Assembly (NCBI GenBank): GCA_049472235.1
Contig: JBLIRI010000001.1
Coordinates: 1-62,461 of the forward strand
Direction of reading: 5' to 3'
Origin: Thermoplasmatota archaeon
GTDB lineage: Archaea > Thermoplasmatota > Penumbrarchaeia > Penumbrarchaeales > Penumbrarchaeaceae
DNA length: 62,461 nucleotides
The position numbers were made by a program, and so were the translations under genes. Numbering within the stretch: position 1 is the first letter of the stretch; every line of letters begins with the position of its first letter. Below, one piece after another: positions 9,501 to 17,967 of this stretch. Below the pieces are notes generated by a model. It was not told the origin of the DNA. It saw only the letters and a list, made by a program, of their open reading frames with translations, and did not search any database.

Positions 9501-10284
9501 CGAGGTCTCCGCCAAACCGGAGACCCTTCCGACCGTCCCCCTGAACTTCTCCATATCCCACGACAACCAGCTGGTGGTCCTCAAGTGGCTTGCACCCGAG
9601 ACCGACGGGGGCTCGGAGATAACGAAGTACGAGGTATGGAGGGGCAGGAGCGGGGATTCGCTCTATTTCCTAGCTGAAGTCGAGGAAGGGAGGAGGTACG
9701 AGGACACCGACGTAAGGAACGGATTCACTTACTATTACAAGGTCAGGGCGGCGAACAGGCTCGGATTCAGCCCATGGTCAGAGGTGCTTCCCGGGACCCC
9801 CATGACGATCCCGTTCCAGCCCACGGGCGTCGAGGCGGAAAGGGTCGGCAGGGGGATCGAACTGAAATGGAGGCCTCCCTACAGCGACGGGGGCTCATCC
9901 ATCGTCAACTACAGGGTATACAGGGGGTCCTCCCTCGAAAAGCTCGAGTTCTATGTTTCGGTGGGTACCTCGCTCAATTACACCGATACCAACATCACTG
10001 GGGACGGCGCATATTATTACAGGGTGAGCGCCGTGAACTCGGAGGGAGAGGGGGAGAGGTCCAAGGAGGCGAAGGTCGTGATAACCAGCTGGGACCCCCC
10101 GGAGAGCTCCACCATTATGAACATCCTCAAGCTCTGGTGGATCATCATCCCGGCCCTGATCATTGCGGCGATAATCGCATTACTTGGCATTCTGACCTTC
10201 CGCTACAGGGATACATGGAAGGAGGACGGGAGGCCGAACTTCATCAAGATGTTCCAGCAGCTGAGGATCGACCTGAAGAAATGA
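6529..10284 (+). CDS. surface protein: SBBP-type beta-propeller repeats, five FN3 modules and a C-terminal TM anchor
   Basis: 1251 aa. TTG is the only start candidate upstream of the hydrophobic N-terminus (AGGGGG lies 9 nt upstream). About 8 repeats follow the pattern YSTF(L/I)GG.G.D.G.GI.VD..G.AY..G.T.S..FP.T.GA.D. The C-terminus is LWWIIIPALIIAAIIALLGILTF plus a basic tail. Confidence 0.85.
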   Translation: MYNKSTVSLIPVAILFAAVFFHMVPTASSVDLAAADRHFDREKGALSGMSFFTENRGQIDNDHIRLVGTSASGAVGFAEDGIILKLPGASSTSLREVNGMEDGSPFRQMKIGFDGGNEVVPAGRGPLPWRSNFFLGNDPSNWRAGVPNYAEVVYEDVWDDIDIVYRATDIGLKYDLILRPGSDPDDISLKIEGSDGHPRSIGGALEIPLAPGLMVVDGGLDVFYSDEVHEKIASSILVEGNTYRFELDAYDPSRTVVIDPLIYSTFLGGIGWEEGWDMDLDSEGCAYLSRYTASVDFPVTSGSYDTTHNGGDWDVYVTKLNATGDGLRYSTFIGGSGFDTGVAITVDRYGFAYVGGVTDSTDFPITPGAYDNTLDSENKDIFMLKLGQNGESLQYSTFFGGGGEDAVHRITADDEGYVFFAGMTASTDLPVTPGCYDNTYNGGLNDAFAARLTPGGNSLVFSTYLGGSGDDKAFGIDIDDKGSPYIFGELSSKDFPTTPGAFDNSHNGGEWDCFLSKLTPQGNSLVYSTYIGGGKNEQAQGIKVDSEGYAYLTGATTSGSFPLSAGAFDRSQGGARDAFVTKVNISGDIIIYSTFLGDDNDEVGYGIDVDHEGYAYVVGTTESRNFPVTDFVLYRTSRGNVDIFITKVNRQGTGLRYSTYYGGNGDDMGTGIAVDRNSCATITGTTNSHNFPTSEGAFEETYVGGLYDVFAVSLNMSTIPTHPRALKAQYGDSRIDLSWIEPLDAGGPAKVFYNIYRGETPLGIAYLTTLEETFYNDTGLTNGVTYYYRVSAENDMGEGGFSNEVYATPGRIPGAPRDLAAEPGNNNVTLTWSVPEDDGGFPIAWYDVFRGTDPEDMKMIFRVHDGETHFDETVTNGVTYYYQLTALNKIGQGPPGEIVTVMPAWYPSDPREVTAVASDSRINLTWLVPLSDGGLGLDGYIVYRRTEKTEFEPITDMMNDLFYHDLSVMNGVTYFYQVRAFNSMGAGRWSLEVSAKPETLPTVPLNFSISHDNQLVVLKWLAPETDGGSEITKYEVWRGRSGDSLYFLAEVEEGRRYEDTDVRNGFTYYYKVRAANRLGFSPWSEVLPGTPMTIPFQPTGVEAERVGRGIELKWRPPYSDGGSSIVNYRVYRGSSLEKLEFYVSVGTSLNYTDTNITGDGAYYYRVSAVNSEGEGERSKEAKVVITSWDPPESSTIMNILKLWWIIIPALIIAAIIALLGILTFRYRDTWKEDGRPNFIKMFQQLRIDLKK
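8686..10083 (+). repeat. five tandem FN3-like coding modules (~94 aa each)
   Basis: A recurring pattern: P..P..L.A......I.L.W..P..DGG..I..Y.(V/I)(Y/F)RG ... NGVTYYY.V.A.N..G.G. Confidence 0.75.
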
Positions 10285-10295
10285 GCAGCCTCATG

Positions 10296-10327
10296 ATTTC
10301 GAACCATTCTTCTTTCTTGAATTTTCT
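10296..10327 (+). terminator. T-rich tract after the 1251-aa gene
   Basis: TTTCGAACCATTCTTCTTTCTTGAATTTTCTC lies directly downstream of the stop. Archaeal termination uses oligo-T tracts. Not tested. Confidence 0.25.
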
Positions 10328-10328
10328 C

Positions 10329-11195
10329 CTATCGCTCAATTCTCTTCACCTCATCCTCTATGATCTCTTCCACGCCGTATCTTACAGCCAGATCCGTTAT
10401 ATCGATATTGTTCACCTTTTCGTCCAGGATCAATTTCCTAAATATCTTTCTCGGACGGGGGTTCAGTGTATCTATTCTGATCGCTTGTATCAGAGCTTCA
10501 AGGTCCGTGATATCCTTCCTTGACCTATTGTAAGTATAATAATCCCTGTCAGTTACGACGTCGTATCCCTCCAAGGCTAGGAAGCTGTATGCAGCAGGCC
10601 TGTATTTTTCATCATTTACTGGACCTTCGAATGAGAATATTATCGTTTCACCATCATTGAAGAGTATCAAGGGGTTGGTCAAATCCTTACGCAGTTCATC
10701 CGAAAGAAGATATCTGGAATAAGCTGAAAGAAGATCCCGAAGATCCGGGAAATTGCGATTTATCGAATATTTACCACCATGACCTTCCTTCCAAATTATA
10801 CCTGTTCTTCTCCATTTTTTGATGTATTTGGTCACGGTGATCCTTGATAGACCTGTCCCCGTTCGAATATCGTTAATAGTCGCTCCATTGCCCGATATGG
10901 AGACCAGGATCAGCAGACCGTTTCCTCTGAACAGATCAACACAATCGATGTTCTCTCTCCCCAGAATAAAGGATCTGAGTTTATTCCCTATCTCATCTCC
11001 GGGAATTTTCACGAACCTCAACCTCCCATACCTCTCGATCTCTATCAAACCGAGATCAGCAAGGTGAGATACCGACCCCGATATTGTGGAAAGTGATAGA
11101 TCGATTTCTTTTCCAATTTGACTCATTGTCATACCTTTTCCGGCTATCTCTTTCAAGATCTTGATCTCTGTCTCGGAGAGATAATTTTCACCCAT
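10329..11195 (-). CDS. double winged-helix DNA-binding protein with a C-terminal domain of unknown function
   Basis: 288 aa. Two HTH-like segments: MTMSQIGKEIDLSLSTISGSVSHLADLGLIE and INDIRTGTGLSRITVTKYIKKWRRTGII. Lies in the low-G+C islet. Confidence 0.6.
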   Translation of the reverse strand: MGENYLSETEIKILKEIAGKGMTMSQIGKEIDLSLSTISGSVSHLADLGLIEIERYGRLRFVKIPGDEIGNKLRSFILGRENIDCVDLFRGNGLLILVSISGNGATINDIRTGTGLSRITVTKYIKKWRRTGIIWKEGHGGKYSINRNFPDLRDLLSAYSRYLLSDELRKDLTNPLILFNDGETIIFSFEGPVNDEKYRPAAYSFLALEGYDVVTDRDYYTYNRSRKDITDLEALIQAIRIDTLNPRPRKIFRKLILDEKVNNIDITDLAVRYGVEEIIEDEVKRIER

Positions 11196-11352
11196 ATGTA
11201 TAAAATCACCAAAGTATTATTTAAAGACTTCGGATTTATTTCACAAATGAGGGTTTTATTCCATAGTGGCCCACCTGTGGGTCGCTCTCCATTCATACCA
11301 CATAAGGCATAAAGCCGGCTGTACCAAATGAAGAATGTGTTGATATGCGGAA

Positions 11353-11387
11353 TTTGAGCTTTGAGCTTTGGACCTTGGTCTTTGATC
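11353..11387. repeat. five tandem heptamers
   Basis: TTTGAGC TTTGAGC TTTGGAC CTTGGTC TTTGATC, in the 277-nt gap between the DIP1984-like and wHTH genes. Confidence 0.6.
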
Positions 11388-11472
11388 TCATAACCCATGA
11401 ACCTTGAAGCGACCCAACCTATTCTGGCGCATACCAACAACAATCTTCAAAAGGGACAGCCTTTGACCTGCC

Positions 11473-11952
11473 TTATCTTGGTAGCCGGTCAACTACATCG
11501 ATCGTGTTGTTGGCTTTCGCGATCAAAGCATCAAGTTCGTATTTTCTTCCTTCCATTTCCTCTATCTTCTCCATTATTTCCTTTTTGGAGATCTGTGAAA
11601 TGTAATCCTTGGCCTTGGGACTTGAAAGGTGAAATAATGACCTTCCCTCTGGATCTTTCCTCAAGAGGTCATTATAACTTTTCAATTCTGACCTTGTATC
11701 CCCAAGTTTGATTATCGCTTCCTGTAATATCATTCCATTCTCAAGAAATGATATGCAATTTGTGTATATTATTCGAAGTTTCAGATCCTCGATCTTCTTC
11801 ATCTTTTCAACTATCTGGTCCTCGAGGTTTCCGAATATCAATTCCGGCTTTTTTCCCTCAACATAGTACATGGTCTGTTCCCGAAGGGATATCAATCTCG
11901 AAAGAGCGTTTTGAGCTGACTTTTTCTCGCTCAATGCCTTGCCTATCTTCAT
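11473..11952 (-). CDS. coiled-coil protein resembling the DIP1984 family (unknown function)
   Basis: 159 aa. By eye it matches the family pattern: MK.g.AL..k......l..L......yv.EG.kPe, then ..I..TN, ..G..l.eAi...., and C-terminal ..LDalI..aN.t.dv. This rests on recollection only; no HMM was run. Confidence 0.45.
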   Translation of the reverse strand: MKIGKALSEKKSAQNALSRLISLREQTMYYVEGKKPELIFGNLEDQIVEKMKKIEDLKLRIIYTNCISFLENGMILQEAIIKLGDTRSELKSYNDLLRKDPEGRSLFHLSSPKAKDYISQISKKEIMEKIEEMEGRKYELDALIAKANNTIDVVDRLPR

Positions 11953-12086
11953 AAAAAGGTTAATAGCGACCTGATATCGGAAACATAAAGCGATTAAAAA
12001 AAAGATTTACTAGAAAGAATGAACTCGATACAACTATCCACGACCTATTTGTGTCCGAAATTTGCCCATATTATTTCAAGTCGGTA

Positions 12087-12278
12087 TTATCTGGCCAACC
12101 TTAAAAAGGACATCCATTTCAATTTGGGTGGTTGTGGCATTTCATTTTCCGAATGCCACCTGTCCCCGCAGTCCCAGCACGATAGAAACCTCTCGTTGGT
12201 ATCCATATTGGTGGTGAAGGATATCGTGTCCGAGCTGCATGAGGGGCATCTCATTTCCGGCACACCGCTTCCGAACAT
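12087..12278 (-). CDS. small zinc-ribbon protein (hypothetical)
   Basis: 63 aa, or 55 aa from the second ATG (MRCPSCSS). Two CxxC pairs (CPSC ... CWDC) are 19 aa apart. Short ORF in AT-rich DNA, so coding status is uncertain. Confidence 0.35.
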   Translation of the reverse strand: MFGSGVPEMRCPSCSSDTISFTTNMDTNERFLSCWDCGDRWHSENEMPQPPKLKWMSFLRLAR

Positions 12279-12360
12279 AATATCTGAAGGGTTGGATCGT
12301 ATACGCCGTTATCCCCTTAATATTATAATTAATAACGAATAATGAAGTATTTGTTATCGT

Positions 12361-13869
12361 TTACCGACCATACGTCTCCTGAAGGAGCTTTCGGTCGATC
12401 TTGCCGTTTTGGTTCTTCGGAAGCGAGTCGAGTATGATGATGTCCCTGGGGACGAGGTACTTCTCGAGGTTGTTAATGCAGTGCAGCTTAACCTTTTCCT
12501 CGTCAAGTCCCCCCTCGATGGACAGGACCGCAACAAGTGAGGCCCCCATCACCGCATCGTCCTTCCTGATGATCGCAGCCTCCCTGACCCCCTGTAGGGT
12601 ATAGATCGCGTCCTCGACCTCCCTGGGGGACACCTTCTCCCCGCCGATCTTGAACACGTCGTCCTTTCGTGATATGAAGAAAAGGTCCCCCTCGCCGTCC
12701 ATCTTGAAGATGTCCCCTGTAAAGAGGACCTTCTCGAAGGGATAATAGCCTTCCTTGAGGACCTTGGCGGTCTCCACCTCGTTGTTCCAGTAGCCCTTCA
12801 TCAGGTTGGAGCCCCTGACAACGAGCTCTCCCGGGGTATCCGGGGCCTCTATCCTCTTCCCTTCCTCGTCCACGAGGAAGACCTCCGTATTGGGCATCGC
12901 CCTGCCGACGGAGTTCGGCTTGATCAGGACCTTTTCCGGTTCGAGGTATGCGATACGCTTGCATTCCGTCAGGCCGTACATCGAGAATATCTTGACCCGG
13001 GGCAGTTTATCATGCAAGCCCCTGATGGTCCTTTCTGGAAGCTTCTGGGCCGTGTTCGTGATATATCTGAGCGATGAGAGACCATCGATGTCAAGGTCCT
13101 TCATCTTCAGGATTATCTCGGCAATGGCGGGGACAAGGGGAAGACCTGTCACCTTCTCCTCCCTTATCCTCTTGATCACGCTGGAAAAGAAGACGAAGTT
13201 CTTTTCAAGGACCAATGTCCCGCCGAAGCGGAACGTCATGAGGACCTGGTAGAGCCCGTAATCGAAGGAGATGGGAAGGACGTTGATCACGATATCATCC
13301 GGGGTGTTGCCGATGTAGGTGATTATCGAGGTCAGGGCCGTGCCCATGCTGAGATGGGTCATCGTGACCCCCTTTGGTACCCCGGTGGAGCCCGAAGTGT
13401 AGATTATCGAGGCGATATCCGCATCTATCAGCAGGACCTTCGGGGGGCCTCTGCCCTCCTCCAGCATCTCTTCAAAGGGAACCGCCTTCAGATCAAGACC
13501 GTCCTGGTCCCCCACGAAAATGATCGAGCGCCCCTTCAATTGGCCCGAGTTCTCGTCATATCGTCTTTTATCCGCAACGATAAAGCGGGGGTCCGAATTA
13601 TCGATGATCGTCCGGAGCTTCCTACCCTTGGTTTCGGGATTGACGGGGATGAATATGCCCCCCGCCATCATGGTGCCGTATATGGACACGACGGCCTCGT
13701 ACCTGTTCTCCAGGAAAACGATTACCCTGTCCCCCTTCACCAAGCCTCTGTGATGGAGGTTCTCCGAGAACATCCTTGAATCATGAAGGACCTGGCTGTA
13801 GGAAAACCGTTTACCACCGGTCACGATCGCTGTCTTGTCCGGGAACCTCTCCGCGGAGTCCTCGAGCAT
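12361..13869 (-). CDS. AMP-dependent acyl-CoA synthetase/ligase
   Basis: 502 aa. Has the IIYTSGSTGVPKGV AMP-binding motif, a later GELVVRG...GY motif and a C-terminal GKIDRK. Confidence 0.88.
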   Translation of the reverse strand: MLEDSAERFPDKTAIVTGGKRFSYSQVLHDSRMFSENLHHRGLVKGDRVIVFLENRYEAVVSIYGTMMAGGIFIPVNPETKGRKLRTIIDNSDPRFIVADKRRYDENSGQLKGRSIIFVGDQDGLDLKAVPFEEMLEEGRGPPKVLLIDADIASIIYTSGSTGVPKGVTMTHLSMGTALTSIITYIGNTPDDIVINVLPISFDYGLYQVLMTFRFGGTLVLEKNFVFFSSVIKRIREEKVTGLPLVPAIAEIILKMKDLDIDGLSSLRYITNTAQKLPERTIRGLHDKLPRVKIFSMYGLTECKRIAYLEPEKVLIKPNSVGRAMPNTEVFLVDEEGKRIEAPDTPGELVVRGSNLMKGYWNNEVETAKVLKEGYYPFEKVLFTGDIFKMDGEGDLFFISRKDDVFKIGGEKVSPREVEDAIYTLQGVREAAIIRKDDAVMGASLVAVLSIEGGLDEEKVKLHCINNLEKYLVPRDIIILDSLPKNQNGKIDRKLLQETYGR

Positions 13870-14034
13870 CTTCGGGATCAGTATGGTACCACCGGCCCTT
13901 TCAGAGGCTCGGAGGAGATTTCGAACATATTATTGTTTTTCTGATTTTTCCGGATATCCGAAATATCATCGGATATACGGGGCGGGCAATCGGTTTATCT
14001 ACCCTGAGGATCATATCATCAACGGAGGAAGTGG

Positions 14035-15021
14035 ATGAGGGGGCCCACAACATCTGTCGTATTGATCATCGCCATCTTTGTTTCCTTCACAGTATCAGGG
14101 ACATTGGCGGCGGCGGGTGAGGCGGAAGATGTGCTTCCTCCCTCTGTTGAGCCCCGGCCCCCTACCATCACCGTGACCTTATCACAGGAGGAGATCGAGA
14201 TCCGGACCGGTCCCGGGCATTCCGGACAAATTGTGGTGAATGGCACAGTGACCGTGGGGAAACCGATAGAGGCCAGAACCGATACTGTTTACGTTACCCT
14301 GAATATTCAATTGAACAGCCACGAGGTCCTAGGGAGTATTTTCCCGCAGAACCTAGAGTTCGGAATGAACACCGCGGAGCAGACAGAGACAATTTCGATC
14401 ACACTTCAGGTTCCCCCCCTGATACCCTTCATCGATATCGATGGCACCTTTTCTATCAAAGGTGATTGGGCATACAAGTTCTACGACGGCGAGGGAAGCA
14501 TTCCTGATACCTACGGACAGATCATACTCAGACCTTTTTGCCGGTTTTCAGGGGTCGTCTTGAACCAGAAAGACCTGGATAATGTTCCGGTAGGTTCCTG
14601 GAGGACCGCGAAGCTCGAGGTCATCAATCAGGGAAACTCCAGGACGACAATATCCCTCAGCGTTATGGAGGAGAACAGAACGCTGGAATGTGTCCTTGGC
14701 CACGATTCGGTGATCCTGGACCAAGGTGAGAGCACAACAGTCCCGATCAAGGTCAGAAGGAGTGAGGGAGGAGCAAAACCAAAGACGTATGTTCAGGGGA
14801 TCAGGCTTCAGGCAAAGGACCCTGACGGACACACGATCATATATGATACCAGTATTACCATGAAGACCGTTTATACCCCCGGCTCATTCTTCAAATCCGC
14901 CCTTTTTAAATTTATCATTGCAGGGATCGTGGCCTTTGTGATACTGGTTGTCCTGCTGGCCTTCCTCGTGAAAAGGAGAAGAAAAAGGAAAGAGGCCGCG
15001 AAAACCGATCTTTTATTGTGA
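14035..15021 (+). CDS. secreted, C-terminally anchored protein with CARDB/NEW3-like beta-sandwich segments
   Basis: 328 aa with an N-terminal signal-like helix. The segment VGSWRTAKLEVINQGNSRTTISL is CARDB/NEW3-like. The C-terminus is a TM helix (FIIAGIVAFVILVVLLAFLV) followed by KRRRKRK. Confidence 0.6.
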   Translation: MRGPTTSVVLIIAIFVSFTVSGTLAAAGEAEDVLPPSVEPRPPTITVTLSQEEIEIRTGPGHSGQIVVNGTVTVGKPIEARTDTVYVTLNIQLNSHEVLGSIFPQNLEFGMNTAEQTETISITLQVPPLIPFIDIDGTFSIKGDWAYKFYDGEGSIPDTYGQIILRPFCRFSGVVLNQKDLDNVPVGSWRTAKLEVINQGNSRTTISLSVMEENRTLECVLGHDSVILDQGESTTVPIKVRRSEGGAKPKTYVQGIRLQAKDPDGHTIIYDTSITMKTVYTPGSFFKSALFKFIIAGIVAFVILVVLLAFLVKRRRKRKEAAKTDLLL

Positions 15022-15038
15022 GACAAGGACCTCGCCCT

Positions 15039-15884
15039 TTAGATCCCGGTGGAACATGTATATGTCCAGGCCTTGTAAAGAAAGTAAATTCCGATCCCGA
15101 CCATTGCGGCCGCCCCGACCTTCGCCAGGTATTTTCTGAGCCTTGGAGAGAATATGTCCCCCGCGATCGATGCGATGGCGATCCCCGCTATCGGATAGAG
15201 GCTGGATGAGAGAGCATAGGTAGAGGTCACCGCAAGCGATTCGAAGAATGGGAGGCTAACGATCAGAGGCAGTAAAAGGACCACCTTCAAGCAAGGTGTG
15301 GCTCCCCTCACGGCCCCCATGGCAAAGACCCCAAGAACACCGAACTTGCCGAACCTGGTATCCTGAGCACCAGATGAGGGTCTCATCTGCTTCCTTCGGC
15401 CTGGACCATTATTCCCGTCCTTTGACGGACATTGAGCGGAGGAGGGGCATTCGGAGCAATTATGGGCATCATGGTCCTCTTTGGGGTCCGATCCCGGGCT
15501 GTCGCCGCATTCCTCGCAGGCCCCGCTCTCGCAGCTCTGGATGAGACCCAGTTTTCGGGACAGACCCGGAAAAACGAGAATCACCATACCGAAAGCGAGT
15601 GTCATCCCTCCGAATATGTAGAGCATCAATTGGGTATCTATCTCGATCAGGAAACCGAAAAGCGCCATTATTACGCCGAACACCATGATCCCGGTTGTTC
15701 GGCCCGCAAGAAAGCCCAGGCCGGCCTTCAATCCCCTCCCGAGGAAGGTACTAAGCGCTATCACCGTGCACATGAATGTATTGCTGAAGCTGAATCCGAT
15801 GAGAGCGGCACTGAGCAGCAATCCCATGTCCATGTAGGGGCCATTCCTCTGCTTATTTAGATTTATGTTCCCAGCATGGTACAA
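15039..15884 (-). CDS. polytopic membrane protein with a Cys/His-rich loop (possibly DsbD_2/UreH-like)
   Basis: 281 aa; an alternative start MDMGLLL lies at 15833. Has about 6 hydrophobic helices, a GAVRGATPC motif and a central loop CESGACEECGDSPGSDPKEDHDAHNCSECPSSAQCPS. Family assignment is tentative. Confidence 0.5.
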   Translation of the reverse strand: MYHAGNINLNKQRNGPYMDMGLLLSAALIGFSFSNTFMCTVIALSTFLGRGLKAGLGFLAGRTTGIMVFGVIMALFGFLIEIDTQLMLYIFGGMTLAFGMVILVFPGLSRKLGLIQSCESGACEECGDSPGSDPKEDHDAHNCSECPSSAQCPSKDGNNGPGRRKQMRPSSGAQDTRFGKFGVLGVFAMGAVRGATPCLKVVLLLPLIVSLPFFESLAVTSTYALSSSLYPIAGIAIASIAGDIFSPRLRKYLAKVGAAAMVGIGIYFLYKAWTYTCSTGI

Positions 15885-15976
15885 CGATCAATCGGTCCAG
15901 CCATGAACAATAAAGCTTATCGTCAATGGTGTCCTTCCCTGGTCGCATCATTTCCCGTATAAATTGTGGTGGGTCT

Positions 15977-16510
15977 ATGTCAGATAGGTCAGAGGACAGG
16001 GGGCTCCTGAAAGAGCTCGACAGGGAGAAGTACGCCGATCTTACCTTCATGCATCTTCGGAACATGTGGGCCGTTGACGGACTCTATTATCTTGGTATCG
16101 AGGAGCGCTTCGGGACGGAGGCGGCCACTGAGATCGATGCCTTCGTCTGGAAGGTCATGGGCAAGATCGAGGCCAGAAGGCTCCAGAAGCTCCTGGGATT
16201 GGGGGGCGATCTAGATTCTATGATCAAGGGCCTGAAATACTCCGGCTGGGCAATGGACCTCGACGACAAGCAGTGGGAGACAGCGGATGACGGCATACTG
16301 CTAAGGACCATAAACTGCAGGATCCAGATGACCAGGCAAAAGGACGGGCTCGAGGTTTTCCCCTGCAAGGTCGTGAGATGGGGCTTTCTCAAGGCCTTTG
16401 CCAGGGAGTTCAACGATAACATCGATGTTATCTGCAACCAGTGCCCCCCCGATACCCTAGAGGAGGGCAAATGGTGCGAGTGGAAGTTCGTTATGAAGGA
16501 GGCGAGATAA
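15977..16510 (+). CDS. small cytosolic protein (DUF6125/ATC-hydrolase-like, tentative)
   Basis: 177 aa from MSDRSED, with GGTGGG upstream; the track ORF starts at 15926. Its stop overlaps the next start (TAATG). Confidence 0.5.
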   Translation: MSDRSEDRGLLKELDREKYADLTFMHLRNMWAVDGLYYLGIEERFGTEAATEIDAFVWKVMGKIEARRLQKLLGLGGDLDSMIKGLKYSGWAMDLDDKQWETADDGILLRTINCRIQMTRQKDGLEVFPCKVVRWGFLKAFAREFNDNIDVICNQCPPDTLEEGKWCEWKFVMKEAR

Positions 16511-17967
16511 TGAGAACGTCCGACGAATATTTCGAGAGCTTGAAGGCCATGAGGCCGAACGTCTACAAGTTCGGGGAGCTCATCGAGGATGTAACGACCC
16601 ACCCGTCGACCAGAAGGTGCGTGATGGGTCATGCCCAGATCTTCGATTCGGCCCAAAAAGATGAGCACCGCGACCTGCTGACCACCACATCATCGCTCAC
16701 CGGTGAAACGATAAGCAGGTACCTCTCGATAGTCGGGAACCCGGATGACATGGTCAAGAACGTCGACATGAAGAGGCTGATGTTCAATCTCACAGGAACA
16801 TGCACCGGCGGTCGGTGCGTGGGCTTCAACGCGCTTAATGCGATGTGGGCGACAACCTACGACATCGACCAGGAGTTCGGGACCGACTATCACCGGAGGC
16901 TCAGGTCCTGGCTAGTGGATGCCCAGAAGCGCGACATCACACTTGCGGGAGCGTTGACGGACCCGAAGGGTGACCGCACGAAGCCCCCGCACCAGCAGGA
17001 CGATCCGGATATGTCGCTCCACATCGTGGAGAGGAGGGAGGACGGTATCGTTGTAAAAGGGGCAAAGGTCATGATCGCTGGCGTTGCCGCCGCGAACGAG
17101 ATCTTCGTCCTCCCGGGTACCGGATACAAGGAGCCGGATGCCGATTATGCAGTATCCTTCGTGATCCCGAGGGATATCGAGAGGCTCACCATCATCGAAG
17201 CCCGCCACCCGTCGGATTCACGGGACCATGAGTGCGGATTCGACAATCCGGTGGAATACGGGGGCATCACTCAGGCATACCTGATCTTCGACGACGTTTT
17301 CATACCGAAGGAGCTTGTGTTCATGGCGGGTGAGTGGAAATATTCCCTCAACGCGGTCCTGAACTTTATAGCCCCTTACCGTTCCGCCATCGGCGGCTGC
17401 GTTGCAGGCCAGGGGGACGTCATCGTAGGAGCAGCCGCCCTGATGGCCAGGGCGAACGGCCTGCACGAGAAGGTCTTCAGGGAGAAGCTGACCCAGATGA
17501 TCATCAACAACGAGACGACCTACGGCATGGGCATCGCTGCAAGCGTCATGGGGAAACGGCATCCCTCCGGGGTATGGATCCCTGACGCCAAGCTATCAAA
17601 TGTCAACAAGGTCCACGTGGCCACCCTTCCGTACGAGACAAAGAGGCTCGCCCAGGACATCTCCGGAGGCATCGCGGAGACCGGATGCATGCCGTCCTGT
17701 GAGGACATGCACTCCCCTGTTTACGGAGAGCTTCTTCAGAAATACATGAAGGCGAACGTCGATGGTGATACGAGGACCAGGATAGCAAGGCTTGTCGAGT
17801 GGCTCACCATCGGGGGAGGGGTCCCGGGATGCATGCATGGAGGTGGCTCCCCGGACGGAGCGAAGCTCATCATAAACCTGCACTCCGACCTGCAGTCCTA
17901 TATTGATCTGGCAAGGAACGTGGGCAGGATCAAGGAGGAAGTGGCCGCCCCCGAGAAGAAGAGATGA
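16510..17967 (+). CDS. 4-hydroxybutyryl-CoA dehydratase / 4-hydroxyphenylacetate 3-hydroxylase family protein
   Basis: 485 aa from MRTSDEYFESLKAMRPNVY (M24 of track ORF 16441..17967). Length and N-terminus are typical of the AbfD/HpaB superfamily. The Cys pair GTCTGGRCVG resembles the AbfD Fe-S ligand region. Confidence 0.7.
   Translation: MRTSDEYFESLKAMRPNVYKFGELIEDVTTHPSTRRCVMGHAQIFDSAQKDEHRDLLTTTSSLTGETISRYLSIVGNPDDMVKNVDMKRLMFNLTGTCTGGRCVGFNALNAMWATTYDIDQEFGTDYHRRLRSWLVDAQKRDITLAGALTDPKGDRTKPPHQQDDPDMSLHIVERREDGIVVKGAKVMIAGVAAANEIFVLPGTGYKEPDADYAVSFVIPRDIERLTIIEARHPSDSRDHECGFDNPVEYGGITQAYLIFDDVFIPKELVFMAGEWKYSLNAVLNFIAPYRSAIGGCVAGQGDVIVGAAALMARANGLHEKVFREKLTQMIINNETTYGMGIAASVMGKRHPSGVWIPDAKLSNVNKVHVATLPYETKRLAQDISGGIAETGCMPSCEDMHSPVYGELLQKYMKANVDGDTRTRIARLVEWLTIGGGVPGCMHGGGSPDGAKLIINLHSDLQSYIDLARNVGRIKEEVAAPEKKR

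Noticed and set aside
11153-11443. 96-aa minus-strand ORF and 64-aa plus-strand ORF in the spacer upstream of the wHTH gene. Also the 104-aa (11397..11711+) and 107-aa (12019..12342+) ORFs in the AT-rich islet.
   Set aside because: They lack motifs and RBS-like sequence and overlap better-supported genes or each other. AT-rich DNA seldom gives long stop-free stretches, but these translations look non-protein-like (Cys/Trp/Ile-rich, no structure-like periodicity).
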